Shown: positions 33,597-44,327, numbered from the stretch's first letter. The stretch is 64,000 nt of DNA from Nitrosopumilus sp. (GCA_965205675.1 OZ242186.1:864001-928000), one strand, 5' to 3'. Numbers and translations are program-made. The notes: generated by a model from the sequence alone, not told the origin.

Positions 33597-33941
33597 CTAA
33601 TTACCTTTGTTGATGAAGAGATTCAACATAACTCTCCCTTTGTCTGTTATTGTGTAGATCCTGTTTGCCCCCACTGCTTCTTTCTTGATAAAATTGTAAT
33701 CTACACATAGATGTAGATAATTTAAAAATGATTTTTTCATTCTGATCTTTGATTTTGAATATAGATCTGAAAATGTCATTGGATTCCCTTTGAGTTGGTA
33801 TAACAATTTCAAAAGTGATAATGTGCTGTAATCTCTTGTTCTTGCTTTTACTGCTCCGAGAATTTCTTCATCTCTTTTTATGATAAAATCATCAAATTGT
33901 TCTGCCACTTCTAGTGGTACATATGTCAGTCTTGCTCGCAT
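33597..33941 (-). CDS. Winged-HTH transcriptional regulator
   Basis: MTFSDL...SFLNYL...YTITDKG. Confidence 0.75.
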   Translation of the reverse strand: MRARLTYVPLEVAEQFDDFIIKRDEEILGAVKARTRDYSTLSLLKLLYQLKGNPMTFSDLYSKSKIRMKKSFLNYLHLCVDYNFIKKEAVGANRIYTITDKGRVMLNLFINKGN

Positions 33942-33943
33942 TA

Positions 33944-33960
33944 TACCGTATAGTACGGTA
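33944..33960. promoter_or_regulatory. Palindromic operator candidate
   Basis: taccgta-tag-tacggta, starting 3 bp upstream of the regulator start codon. Confidence 0.55.
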
Positions 33961-34115
33961 CGTTACTTTATTAGTCTTTAACTTGAGCTTTATTGATCTT
34001 TTAAGATGGTTTTTTTACACCTGATCGTGCCTAAATTCTCTTTTTCAGAATTAGCTTGAATTGTGAAATTATAGTATATCATCTGATTTAAACGACTACA
34101 GTCCAAAATCAATTT

Positions 34116-35078
34116 GTGGAAATTGCAACAAGTGCGATATTGACTGTAGTTGGTTTAGTTATGTTATGTTTTGGTGGTAGTTGGTTAGTTAGTGGTAGTG
34201 TTACGATTGCAAAGAAATTCCGTATCAGTAATCTTGTAATCGGGATGACCATTGTTGCATATGGTACTTCTGCCCCTGAACTAGCCGCAAGTATTGCAGC
34301 AACTGGTGAACACAGTGCAATTATTTTGGGAAATATTGTTGGTAGTAACATTGCAAATGTTGGAATGGTAATTGGCATTTCTGCTTTACTTGTACCTCTA
34401 GCTGTACGTAGCTCTGTTTTAAGAAAAGAAATTCCAATAATGTTGGGCGTTTCGCTACTTCTCATTTTACTTTCTATTGATGGTGAACTTTCTCATTATG
34501 ATGGAATCTTTTTGCTAATTGGATTGGGTGTGTTTGGATTTTATACATACAAAGATGCAATGAAACAAAGATCTAAAAATATAGAAACAATTGAATCTAC
34601 TAAAAATATAGAAACAATTGAATCTACTAAAAATAATGTTTATTTAAAATCTGCAGGCTTGATTACAGTTGGCATTGTTCTCTTATATGTTGGTGCTAGA
34701 CTTACAGTTGATAATGCTATAGTTTTAGCCGTAGAGTTTGGTTTATCTGAAAAAATTATTGGTCTAACTGTTGTGGCAATTGGAACTTCCCTTCCAGAAT
34801 TAATTACATCCATAATTGCAATCAGAAAAGGCCATGCTGATATTGGCATAGGCAATATCATTGGAAGTAACATCTATAATATTTTGATGATTATGGGAGT
34901 TGGTGCGGCTCTTGGCGGTGTACTAGTTGGAGTTGATGTTTATGTTGATTATGCAATTATGATTGTCTTTAGTTTATCATTACTGATTGCTTTAAAGACA
35001 AAGTTAATTGGCAGGGTTATGGGGGGTTGTCTGACTACAGGCTATGTTGCCTATCTGATAATCATATTTTTCAAGTAA
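34116..35078 (+). CDS. Calcium/sodium antiporter (YrbG/CaCA)
   Basis: GTSAPE and GTSLPE alpha repeats; GNIVGSN. Confidence 0.92.
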   Translation: MEIATSAILTVVGLVMLCFGGSWLVSGSVTIAKKFRISNLVIGMTIVAYGTSAPELAASIAATGEHSAIILGNIVGSNIANVGMVIGISALLVPLAVRSSVLRKEIPIMLGVSLLLILLSIDGELSHYDGIFLLIGLGVFGFYTYKDAMKQRSKNIETIESTKNIETIESTKNNVYLKSAGLITVGIVLLYVGARLTVDNAIVLAVEFGLSEKIIGLTVVAIGTSLPELITSIIAIRKGHADIGIGNIIGSNIYNILMIMGVGAALGGVLVGVDVYVDYAIMIVFSLSLLIALKTKLIGRVMGGCLTTGYVAYLIIIFFK

Positions 35079-35381
35079 TTTATGCCTGACTTTAGGTGGA
35101 ATTTACTGAAACTTTCTCTACTTTTAATGAATGGGGATTAATAGAAGAGATGCTTCACCAAATGATATTTTTGATTATTGCTGATATCTAAAATATTTTT
35201 CATCATTGTTAGAAGACTGAATTATTTTAATCTTGAAATTTTCATCAAAATTGTATTTGATCTCTACACTCCTTGAATCTGTTATTCTGGCAGTTGTAAT
35301 TTTTTTCTTAATTTTGATAATGACTCTTTCATCAATTCCTACTTTTCTAAATGATTAAATGCCTTTCCCAGGCCCTGATAA

Positions 35382-36644
35382 TTATTGCTTTCTTGGATTT
35401 TTATAATTAAATTTATTTATCTTTATCAATTCTACATAAGATCCAAACTGGGTATCTGTAACATTGTCTAGTTTGTCTTCTATTTTGTTATCTTTATCAA
35501 ATTTTTTCAAAATTTTATAATGTGTATTTCTTTCAGCAGGGATTCTTCCAATCTCTTTTGTCATCCTTCTAATTTCTCTTGGTTTGAGTAATTGACCATA
35601 CTCTGAACCTGCTGATGTTGAAATACTTTCATTTATTAGAGTTCCCCCAAAGTCATTTGCTCCCCAATTTAGTAATAGCTGAGACATCTTTTGTCCTTCT
35701 TTTACCCATGACATCTGAATATTGTCAATTGAATTGTTCAACATTATTCTTGCAACTGCATGAGTAAGTAAAACGTCGTTTCCGCTTCCTCCTTGTCTTA
35801 TTCCTTCATATAATTTATGTTTGTACATTGGTGCTTCTGTATGTATAAAGTTTAATGGTACAAACTCTGTAAATCCTCTTGTTTCTTTTTGAATGTCTCT
35901 TAATTTTGCAATATGTTGTATTCTGTCTTTCAATGTTTCCACATGTCCAAACATCATAGTTGAGGTTGTCTTGATTCCCATATTGTGGGCACTTTTGATT
36001 ACTCTCTCCCAATCTTTTACACTAATTCTTCCTGGGGATATTTTATCTCTTAATTTTTGATCAAGTATTTCTGCTGATGTACCTGGAAGTGTATTTACTC
36101 CTGCCTCTTTCAATCTTTTCAAAAATTCCTCAACTGATACGTTTGAGCAAGTTGCCCCGTATAGTATCTCTTCGGGAGAAAATCCATGAATATGAATATC
36201 TGGAATCTCTTTTTTGATTTCTCTACAGATATTTTCATACAAATCCCCTTTCATGTCTGGTGGAAGTCCTGCTTGAATGCATACTTCTGTTGCTCCTAAT
36301 TGATGTGCTTCTTTTGCTCTGCGTACAATCTCCTCAGTTGGTAAGAAATATCCTTCCTCCTCTCTAAAATCTCTACTAAATGCACAAAAACCACATTGTT
36401 TGATACAGACATTTGTAAAATTGATGTTACGATTAACTACATATGTTACAGTATCTCCTGCTCTTCTTTTTCTTAGTTCATCTGCCACCAGCCCAACTAG
36501 ATGAAAGTCTATTCCTTGAACATTGAATAACTCTAATCCTTCTTTTACAGATGTTTCTTTCTCTGATAAAGCATTGTTTAGAATTTCTGTTATTATGGGA
36601 TCTGCATTTCTGAAAAGCGAGTCTATGTTTATTGTCATCTCCAA
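35382..36644 (-). CDS. cofH: FO synthase subunit 2 (radical SAM)
   Basis: VNRNINFTNVCIKQCGFCAF, PGTSAEIL, SWVKEG, GANDFGGTL. Confidence 0.93.
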   Translation of the reverse strand: MEMTINIDSLFRNADPIITEILNNALSEKETSVKEGLELFNVQGIDFHLVGLVADELRKRRAGDTVTYVVNRNINFTNVCIKQCGFCAFSRDFREEEGYFLPTEEIVRRAKEAHQLGATEVCIQAGLPPDMKGDLYENICREIKKEIPDIHIHGFSPEEILYGATCSNVSVEEFLKRLKEAGVNTLPGTSAEILDQKLRDKISPGRISVKDWERVIKSAHNMGIKTTSTMMFGHVETLKDRIQHIAKLRDIQKETRGFTEFVPLNFIHTEAPMYKHKLYEGIRQGGSGNDVLLTHAVARIMLNNSIDNIQMSWVKEGQKMSQLLLNWGANDFGGTLINESISTSAGSEYGQLLKPREIRRMTKEIGRIPAERNTHYKILKKFDKDNKIEDKLDNVTDTQFGSYVELIKINKFNYKNPRKQ

Positions 36645-37804
36645 TATTGCTCCTTTACGAATCCTTCCTCATTTCCAATAACTGATATCTTATCTCTTAA
36701 CTCTTTGCTAAGAAACGAAAAATATTCTGGATATGCTGGAAACCTGCATTTTAAATCAAATCCTGCTTTCTTTGAATTCTCTTCCACTTTGCCAATTTCT
36801 GGCCAAGAAAATTCTGGATTTACAAAATCTAATGTAAGCGGTGATATTCCTCCCCAATCATTTATTCCCACTGTTAAGAAGCTTTGATATGACTTTGGGG
36901 ATAAGTTTGGTGGAATTTGTATGTTCATTTGTGGCATGATGATTCTAGATAGTGCAACAACTAGTTTGAAATATTTTTCATCAGCTGATGGTTCATCCTT
37001 CATTGGTGTATCTGGTTTTGGCTGAAAGTTTTGTAAAATTACTTCCTGAATGTTTCTATGTTTGTCGTTAAGTTGTTTTATGGCAAACAATGAATCAATT
37101 ATCTCATCCATAGTCTCACCGATTCCTACAAGAATACCTGTAGTCATCGGGATGCCTAATTTTCCTGAATTGTCTAGGATGCTCAATCTTGTTTTTGGTC
37201 GTTTACTTGCAGCCAAGTAGTGTGGCATTCCTTTTTCGGTTAATCGCTCACTTACATTTTCAAGCATTACTCCCATTGACACATTTGTTTTTTGTAATTC
37301 TTTCATTTCTTCATAGCTTAGATTTCCTGCATTTGTATGTGGAAATAATCCCATCTCTAATGCAAGTTCTGAGCAATGAATTAGATACTCTGCTGTGGAT
37401 TTGAATCCGTTTTCTTTTAGCCAACCTCGTGCTTCTTGGTATCTCTGTTCTGGTTGCTCTCCTGTAACAAAAAGTGCTTCTGTACATCTGTATTTTTTTG
37501 CTAGTGTTAATAGCTCAATTACTTGTTGGTTTGACATTAAAGAAAGTTTTCTCTCTCCTGGTTCAGACTTGTAAGTACAGTAAGAACAGGTATCTTTGCA
37601 TAAATTAACAATATTGAAAAATGCTTTTTTAGAAAATGTTACTGATTTTTTTTTGAATTTTTTCCTTAAACTTTGTGCAGCTAAAAACAGGTCATCAGGA
37701 TTCTTTGATGATTTGTGATAAATTTCAATTGCATCTTGGCGTGAAATTGGTTTATCTTCTAAAACACTATTCAAACTCTCTGAATCAAAGACAAGATTGT
37801 TCAA
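36635..37804 (-). CDS. cofG: FO synthase subunit 1 (radical SAM)
   Basis: CKDTCSYC, PHTNAG, TTGILVGIGE, QIPPNL, DWGGISP. Confidence 0.93.
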   Translation of the reverse strand: MNNLVFDSESLNSVLEDKPISRQDAIEIYHKSSKNPDDLFLAAQSLRKKFKKKSVTFSKKAFFNIVNLCKDTCSYCTYKSEPGERKLSLMSNQQVIELLTLAKKYRCTEALFVTGEQPEQRYQEARGWLKENGFKSTAEYLIHCSELALEMGLFPHTNAGNLSYEEMKELQKTNVSMGVMLENVSERLTEKGMPHYLAASKRPKTRLSILDNSGKLGIPMTTGILVGIGETMDEIIDSLFAIKQLNDKHRNIQEVILQNFQPKPDTPMKDEPSADEKYFKLVVALSRIIMPQMNIQIPPNLSPKSYQSFLTVGINDWGGISPLTLDFVNPEFSWPEIGKVEENSKKAGFDLKCRFPAYPEYFSFLSKELRDKISVIGNEEGFVKEQYWR

Positions 37805-37846
37805 TAGAAGAATTCCTTATTATGAAGTATTTATGCTTGTATTGAC

Positions 37847-38992
37847 TTAATTCTCATTAGGTCTTTCTTGTAGTACTATTGTGATATCTGTAGTCCTTCC
37901 ATCTCTTAGAATTTCTAACGTCATTTCGTCCCCCACTGATTTTGCTCTTTGTAGATGGATCAAAATATCGTCAATTTTTCTGACTTCGATCTCATCTACT
38001 GCTAAAATGACATCTCCTCCTATCGGATAACTAATTCCGTCAACTTCTATAGTTTCTTCTGAGCCAATCAATCCTGCATGAAATGCTGGACTGTCTTCTA
38101 CTATTGTAATTACTAAAAATCCTACTGCTTCTTTTAGATCCAACACTTCTGCCATGTCTGGATCAATGTCTCTACCTGAAATCCCAATCCATGGGTGCTT
38201 GTACTCTCCACTTTCAATTAATGTTGGAACAATTTTTACAACTGTTTGCGATGGTATTGAAAATCCCACCCCTGTAAACTCTCCTGTTCCTGATTGTATT
38301 GCGGTGTTAATTCCAACTATTTCCCCTCTCATGTTGAGTAATGGTCCTCCTGAGTTCCCCGGATTGATCGCTGCATCTGTTTGAATTACATCTGGAATCT
38401 GATAGCCTGCATCTGATGATGGTAACAGTCTGCCTAGTTGACTAACAATTCCTGACGTCATGGATCCTGACAATCCAAATGGATTTCCAATTGCTGCTAT
38501 CTGCTCTCCCACTTTGAGATTGGATGAATCTCCTATTGACAATGGTTGTAATAAGGCCAAGTCTGCGTTAACTTTGATTATTGCAATATCTGTATATTCA
38601 TCTATTCCAATAACCTCTGCATTATATGATCTTCCATCAAGGAATGTGATGATGACCTTTGTTGCATCATCTATCACATGTGCATTTGTAATTATATGTC
38701 CTTTTTTATCAAAAACAAAACCTGATCCCACACCTCCTCTTGTTTCTTCTGATTTTTCTCTTTGAACATTTACTCTAACTACTCCTGGCTCTGTCTTTTC
38801 AAAAATTTCAATTAATGATAGGTTCTGATAAAATAATGGAGATGTTTCTACAACGGCTTGTTCGATTTTATTATCATTTATACTGGTTTCTGCTTTTAAT
38901 GCTTCTGGCGGTGCAATGAATAAGACTGTAACAATTGCTAATACTATTCCAGCTCCCCCAATTGCTCCTACAGATAACCCTGATTTATCCAT
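37847..38992 (-). CDS. HtrA/DegP serine protease with PDZ domain
   Basis: GSGF, TNAHV, QTDAAINPGNSGGPL; N-terminal TM helix. Confidence 0.93.
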   Translation of the reverse strand: MDKSGLSVGAIGGAGIVLAIVTVLFIAPPEALKAETSINDNKIEQAVVETSPLFYQNLSLIEIFEKTEPGVVRVNVQREKSEETRGGVGSGFVFDKKGHIITNAHVIDDATKVIITFLDGRSYNAEVIGIDEYTDIAIIKVNADLALLQPLSIGDSSNLKVGEQIAAIGNPFGLSGSMTSGIVSQLGRLLPSSDAGYQIPDVIQTDAAINPGNSGGPLLNMRGEIVGINTAIQSGTGEFTGVGFSIPSQTVVKIVPTLIESGEYKHPWIGISGRDIDPDMAEVLDLKEAVGFLVITIVEDSPAFHAGLIGSEETIEVDGISYPIGGDVILAVDEIEVRKIDDILIHLQRAKSVGDEMTLEILRDGRTTDITIVLQERPNEN

Positions 38993-39030
38993 GAGATTTT
39001 TTATTCTTTATTTTCTATCTAAAAGGCTTA

Positions 39031-40239
39031 CTATATCTTGATTGAATTTTGAGTATGATCTTTCATTGAATAACTTCTTCCTCTCCATGTAACTGATGAT
39101 TCTCTTTTAGCCTGTAGTAAACCACTTAGGAATCCTAAAATCACTACCAAGCTTCCAAGTGGTGCAAATATTGCATATTCTAGTTTTAATTTTAAACCTA
39201 TTTTCACCTCAATAATTGTTCCAATGTAAATTAAGATTGAAGCAATTGCTGATGTAATACATAATATCTTTCCTGATATTGTTTCTATTGGCAGTGCGGC
39301 TGAAATTGCAAATATTGGAAATGGAATAAATAACAAGAACGTTACTGCAAAAAATACCCCTATGGCAATCTTCCCACTTTGAAGATAAAGTGGAACCATT
39401 AGTCTCTTTAATCCATTCCATAATGTACTCTTATCTCTGGCCCATATTGCATCTACGAGATGTTCGCCACGTACCATTTTCATTTTATATCCTGATTCTT
39501 TTACCTTACTTCCCAATGCCCCATCTTCAATGATCTCTTGTTTGACTCCCTCATGCATGCCTATCTCTTCGTATGTTGTTTTTTTCAAAATAAAAAAACT
39601 ACCAAAAAAATATCCTGTTTTTTTAGATGGGTTGTTTACATTTAATGCTGAAAATCTAGTGTGTAAAAATGTTGAAATCATTGGAAGGCTGATGTTTGTC
39701 CAAAAATCAAATGTAAGCATTTTTGGTATTGCTGATAGTGCATCTAAACTAAATGAATTCAAATGAGACACTGCTAATGTTATGATGTTCTTAGCATGTC
39801 TTGTGTCTGCATCTGTAAATAATAGCAACTCTCCCTTAGCTTTGTTATATCCTTCCATACATGCCCAATTCTTCCCCATCCATCCGTCTGGTTTTGATCT
39901 TGCAGAAACTAGGATTATGTTTGGGTATTTTTTTGCATATTCTGCAATAATTTCACTTGTTTTATCTTCTGATGAATCATCAATTGCAATTACTTCATAA
40001 TTCTCATAATCTTGTTTAGCTAGAGATTCTAGGCATTTTCCAATGAACTTTTCTTCATTTCTAGCTGGTAAAATTATTGAAACTTTGGGAGTTGTTTTTG
40101 ATGTGTTTTCAAACTTGTCCAAATATGGTGTTAGTCTAAAAGAGTCAAGCATTGATTTGAGTAAGAAAATCCATGCACCACACACTCCAATTAAAATTGC
40201 AGTTAATACATAATTGAAAATGTCTAAAACAAAATCCAT
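39031..40239 (-). CDS. Glycosyltransferase family 2, membrane-bound
   Basis: PARNEE, DDSSED, GK, FTDAD, ED motifs. Confidence 0.9.
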   Translation of the reverse strand: MDFVLDIFNYVLTAILIGVCGAWIFLLKSMLDSFRLTPYLDKFENTSKTTPKVSIILPARNEEKFIGKCLESLAKQDYENYEVIAIDDSSEDKTSEIIAEYAKKYPNIILVSARSKPDGWMGKNWACMEGYNKAKGELLLFTDADTRHAKNIITLAVSHLNSFSLDALSAIPKMLTFDFWTNISLPMISTFLHTRFSALNVNNPSKKTGYFFGSFFILKKTTYEEIGMHEGVKQEIIEDGALGSKVKESGYKMKMVRGEHLVDAIWARDKSTLWNGLKRLMVPLYLQSGKIAIGVFFAVTFLLFIPFPIFAISAALPIETISGKILCITSAIASILIYIGTIIEVKIGLKLKLEYAIFAPLGSLVVILGFLSGLLQAKRESSVTWRGRSYSMKDHTQNSIKI

Positions 40240-40244
40240 AAAAT

Positions 40245-40685
40245 CTATCGCTCGATCTCTTTTTTGATTCCTTGCATTGCTTGCTCTGTTCCGCTTTTGA
40301 TATGCTTTTTAATCATACCTGTAAACATTCTCATCATTCCTGTTAGTCTGATATCCCAATATGTTAAGAGCATTGTTTTTTCATTTTTTGCTGTGAGAGT
40401 GATTATTTTCTCTCCGTCGATAATCCCTTCTGTGAACCTTACCTCGATCTTCTCTTTTGGATGAATTTTCACTTGCTGTAAACATTTTTGATCTCTAAAA
40501 GCAATTGTAACTTCTCGTTTGATTGTATTTCCTTCTTTGGAGATGTTTCTGACTTTTTTTGTTCCCTTCCAAAATTTTGGTTCATTATCAATGTCTGAAA
40601 CAATTTCCCACACTTTGTCTACTGTTGCATTAATTTCCACTTTTACCTGAATTACAGTCATGTATATTCCCTGACAATTGCGCAT
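40245..40685 (-). CDS. SRPBCC/polyketide cyclase family protein
   Basis: INATVDKVWEIVSD...PKFW; likely start near 40661. Confidence 0.8.
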   Translation of the reverse strand: MRNCQGIYMTVIQVKVEINATVDKVWEIVSDIDNEPKFWKGTKKVRNISKEGNTIKREVTIAFRDQKCLQQVKIHPKEKIEVRFTEGIIDGEKIITLTAKNEKTMLLTYWDIRLTGMMRMFTGMIKKHIKSGTEQAMQGIKKEIER

Positions 40686-40705
40686 TAAATATAATATGTG
40701 GTATC

Positions 40706-41512
40706 AAAATACCGCATTATCAACTCATCCTAAAACAGATCATTTTGTAAACATTTGATGATAATGCAGATCTAACAATGATATCCTCAAATCTTTTGCA
40801 TGATTCATAAAGAAATCTCAGTTATTCAATGAAATACCATTGCACCACAATTACCAAACCTGCAAGATCTAGTAGACCAAGAAATAATGATAGAATGATA
40901 ATCAATGCAATATTGTCTGTCTTGACTAATTGCAGATGGGCAGACATGCCTACACAATACGGTTCAAAATCTACTGTTCATCTGAGATTTCAGGAACTGC
41001 AGCAAAGAGGAATTTGGAAAAAGATTCTATCAAAACTAATCAAATCTGCACACAGACAAGAAAAGATTAATCTACAAAAGATCTTAGTTGACCCCTCTCA
41101 ATTAGTAATAAAAAAGGAGTGATTCTGTAGGATATGATGGATTTAAAAAGATTCTAGGAACAAAAGTACATTTGCAGTTGAATCAAATGGTCTGCCCATC
41201 TCAATTAGAACCAGTTCTGCAAATCAACATGATAGTACAAAATTCATTGATGTGTTAGAAAACATTTCAGAATTTTGGATGATGGTTCCATACAAGAAAT
41301 AGTGTCAGCATATGCAGAGAAATTGTACGATGCAAAATACATTAGAGATTATCTCAGATGTCATGAAATGGAGTTATTGTTTTTAGCTTTGGAACTTGTT
41401 GTGAAGGAATTTATGCAATGTCGTAAAATTGATCTAATTACGCAAGAGGTCCTGCTGGAAATAGCATAATTGAACTGAAAATAGGCTTGAAATGGATTTA
41501 ATGCGGTATTTT
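40706..41512 (+). mobile_element. Degenerate IS5-family element
   Basis: 14-bp inverted ends aaaataccgcatta / taatgcggtatttt; RMIINAIL..CRW.DMP..YG..ST and GTKVH/ANQHD fragments. Confidence 0.75.
41362..41451 (-). mobile_element. Diverged left-end fragment of an element C relative, inside the IS5 remnant
   Basis: Reverse complement gacctcttgcgtaattagatc...aaattccttcacaacaag aligns with 30071-30160. Confidence 0.75.
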
Positions 41513-41555
41513 TCTACAGCATATAATATATTAGATTCCTATCACATTTAAAATA

Positions 41556-41634
41556 GACTGTGATGGGTAACATGCCTAAAATCCGGAACATTAACTCCAG
41601 TTCCAATGGCGTTTGCCATTCTTCCGTCACAGTC
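41556..41634 (+). ncRNA. Candidate structured RNA (four-way junction); strand uncertain
   Basis: Closing stem gactgtgatgg/ccgtcacagtc with internal hairpins ggta/tgcc, ggaac/gttcc and aatggc/gccatt. Confidence 0.45.
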
Positions 41635-41653
41635 ACTTAAAATTTGAAATAAA

Positions 41654-41869
41654 ATGAAACCCACAAAATACATGCCAAAAATTGAAACATTCGACGGTGC
41701 TGGTTTTTGGAAAAATGCGTATGCTCATCAACGAGGAAAATTATTAAAACAAGTTAGTGTACCTGAGGATCAAATTATAGAGCTAGTTAATAAAAAATAC
41801 ATGGATATTCCTGCAGCTCTAAGATATGAGATTGAAACAAGTGGAATAACTAAAAAAGAATTACAATAG
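41654..41869 (+). CDS. Conserved small thaumarchaeal protein
   Basis: 71-aa ORF. Confidence 0.65.
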   Translation: MKPTKYMPKIETFDGAGFWKNAYAHQRGKLLKQVSVPEDQIIELVNKKYMDIPAALRYEIETSGITKKELQ

Positions 41870-41891
41870 CATTCGAAATTCATTTTAATGG

Positions 41892-42239
41892 GTGAGTTTT
41901 GTATTAATCATGTCTACAATATCTTATGATGATTTTACAAAGTTAGACATTAGAGTTGCAAAAATTATTGGAACTGAACCTATTGAAGGAAAATCTAGAA
42001 TCATTAAAGGTAGAATTGATTTAGGAACCGACGATCAACGTGATGTTATAATTGGTGGTGCTCAATATTATCAACCTGAAGACATTGTGGGAAAAACTGT
42101 AATCGTTATTGTAAATCTCGAACCTAAAAAACTTGCAGGTGTTGAATCAAATGCAATGTTGTTGGCAGCTGATGTTAACGATAAACCATTTTGGTTAACT
42201 GTTACTGGAGATGTTCCTTTGGGCAGTCCCATCAAGTAA
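41892..42239 (+). CDS. tRNA-binding OB-fold protein (Trbp111/CsaA-like)
   Basis: DDFTKLDIRVAKI, VNLEPKKLAGVES.AMLL; likely start near 41910. Confidence 0.9.
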   Translation: MSFVLIMSTISYDDFTKLDIRVAKIIGTEPIEGKSRIIKGRIDLGTDDQRDVIIGGAQYYQPEDIVGKTVIVIVNLEPKKLAGVESNAMLLAADVNDKPFWLTVTGDVPLGSPIK

Positions 42240-42314
42240 ATACTTTTAAATTCTAAATTATGATGTATGTTATTTAATTAAAAATTAATGAAAATAGGTT
42301 TTAGATTTATGATG

Positions 42315-42875
42315 TTAATCATAAATCATTAATTTTTTTTCTTCTAGTAATGCGTGTAAATTGTTCACAGAACGATATACATCTGGTTCTTGTTTAGCTC
42401 CTGTACAAACAAGTTTTCCTGATGAGAATAACAAAATGACTGTCTTTGGATCTAACATTCTATGAATGAGTCCTGGAAATTGTTCTGGTTCATACATACT
42501 TCGTGGCAGTGTTCTTGCAGCTTGTTCTAGATGGATTTTTCCACCTAAATTGATGGATGCCACAATATTCTGAATTGTAACTACTGCGTCTTTCTTCACT
42601 TTGATTCCTCCTTTCCGAAGTTTTTGTACTACTGTTTTTACTGCTTTTCTTGCCATTTCTTCGGATTTTGAACCCGTACACACCATTTTACCTGAAGTGA
42701 AAATCAATGTTGCCGTTTTTGGGATCTTTAATCTAAAAACTAGTCCTGGAAATTGATCCGGATGATACTCTACATCTGGAAATGTCTTGGTAATTTCATT
42801 CAAATCCATCTTCTGCATTACATCCGCAGAGGCTACAACATTTTCTACACTTACGATGGGTTTTGTTTGTGCCAT
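42315..42875 (-). CDS. tbp: TATA-box binding protein
   Basis: ENVVAS, YxPxQFPGL twice, SGKxVCTG twice; start reassigned to MAQTK. Confidence 0.97.
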   Translation of the reverse strand: MAQTKPIVSVENVVASADVMQKMDLNEITKTFPDVEYHPDQFPGLVFRLKIPKTATLIFTSGKMVCTGSKSEEMARKAVKTVVQKLRKGGIKVKKDAVVTIQNIVASINLGGKIHLEQAARTLPRSMYEPEQFPGLIHRMLDPKTVILLFSSGKLVCTGAKQEPDVYRSVNNLHALLEEKKLMIYD

Positions 42876-43009
42876 TTTGGCTTTTTCTGTATTTGAACTA
42901 TATAAAAGCACTCGCTATAATTTAGTCTCAAAAACATTCCTTTTTTGACTCGATATGGGTTTTTTTCTTTGAAATTAAGACGAATGTTTTAATTTAGTTC
43001 TAAAAAATC

Positions 43010-44140
43010 TTGATTCTAGTGAATTTTACAAATTTTGATTTTGATCAATTATTTTCGATGAATGATGATTCGAATCCTTTAATAATGCTTGTTTGGATTC
43101 TTCCAATAATTCTTTTTGTATTTTATGGACAACAAATTCAGTTACTTGTCACTTCTCGAGAAATTAAAAAAGGAATTAAAAAATTAGATGGTTTCAGAAA
43201 AGAATCTAAAACTGAATTGCTTAATTATGTAAACAGTAATTTAAACGTAGAAAATGTTCCCCTAAAAAAAATTGATAAATTTTTAGATTATTTTACAATA
43301 TTGCCTGTGGATATGGATCCTAATGGAATAGTTGATAAAGTTCATCATACTATACGGTCTAGAGAAGACTATACTCGAGAACATGTAAAATCTCTTTATC
43401 CAGAAATGACTAGCGTTGAATTAACCAAAGTTCAAACTTTACTTGAGATTGCATCCTCTTTGCAAATGATTTATAAAATAATTAATCACATGTTCTTAAC
43501 TGCTAAAAAACAAAATAACTATCCGTTGATCTTGCCTCTACAAATGATTCTTCCATTCATCATGGAGCAAGCAGAAGCCATGAAAGAAGCAATCCCTGCA
43601 TTCAAGGCCAGTCAACCCGTTGGTGATGGCATTGGACCTATGATTGTGGGAAAAATGATGTTAGATCACAAAAAAAACACCGTTGCATTTCAAACATCTC
43701 TTGCAAAAACTGATTTTAAAAACAGAAAATTATTTTTATTAAAAGCTGAAGGTCCTGGTTCTACTGTTGGAAGGCCTGCTGATGGATTAGAAAAAATTGT
43801 TGGTGAGAATAAGATTGATGTAATAATCATGATTGATGCTGCGTTGAAAATGGAGGGTGAGAATTCTGCATCTATTGCACAAGGATTTGGTGCTGCTATT
43901 GGTGGAATTGGTACTGAACGATTCTATATTGAAGCTATAGCAACTGCTAAAGATATTCCGATATTTTCTATTGTGATAAAACAATCTGTTAAAGAAGCAA
44001 TAACTCTGATGACTAAAGATATTGCTGATACTGCAGAAATTGTACGTACTCAAATATTTGATATGATTCATGAAAATACTAAATCTGGACAATCTGTGGT
44101 GATAATAGGTGTAGGTAATACTTCGGGAGTGCCCCAATGA
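43010..44140 (+). CDS. DUF1512 family protein
   Basis: PVDMDPNGIV, PVGDGIGP, MIDAALKMEGE, GVGNT. Confidence 0.85.
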   Translation: MILVNFTNFDFDQLFSMNDDSNPLIMLVWILPIILFVFYGQQIQLLVTSREIKKGIKKLDGFRKESKTELLNYVNSNLNVENVPLKKIDKFLDYFTILPVDMDPNGIVDKVHHTIRSREDYTREHVKSLYPEMTSVELTKVQTLLEIASSLQMIYKIINHMFLTAKKQNNYPLILPLQMILPFIMEQAEAMKEAIPAFKASQPVGDGIGPMIVGKMMLDHKKNTVAFQTSLAKTDFKNRKLFLLKAEGPGSTVGRPADGLEKIVGENKIDVIIMIDAALKMEGENSASIAQGFGAAIGGIGTERFYIEAIATAKDIPIFSIVIKQSVKEAITLMTKDIADTAEIVRTQIFDMIHENTKSGQSVVIIGVGNTSGVPQ

Positions 44141-44319
44141 TCTTCTCAAAGAAAAAAATTACTACTGAATACACTGTAGAACAATGCACAAAATGTGGAA
44201 CTTTAACTAAGCGTAAATTTGATTCTGCTGATATTTTATTTGCAGAATTATCAAAATGTAATTCATGTGATGGCAGAAACCGAATTGAGAAAATTTTTGG
44301 TGAAACGCTTGAACAATAA
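44137..44319 (+). CDS. Small Zn-ribbon protein
   Basis: CxxC...CxxC; ATGA-coupled to the DUF1512 gene. Confidence 0.75.
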   Translation: MIFSKKKITTEYTVEQCTKCGTLTKRKFDSADILFAELSKCNSCDGRNRIEKIFGETLEQ

Positions 44320-44327
44320 ATTCTAAG

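Noticed and set aside
35080-35380. Possible PIN-domain remnant on the minus strand (ISFGEASLLL)
   Set aside because: Too many stops to support a call.
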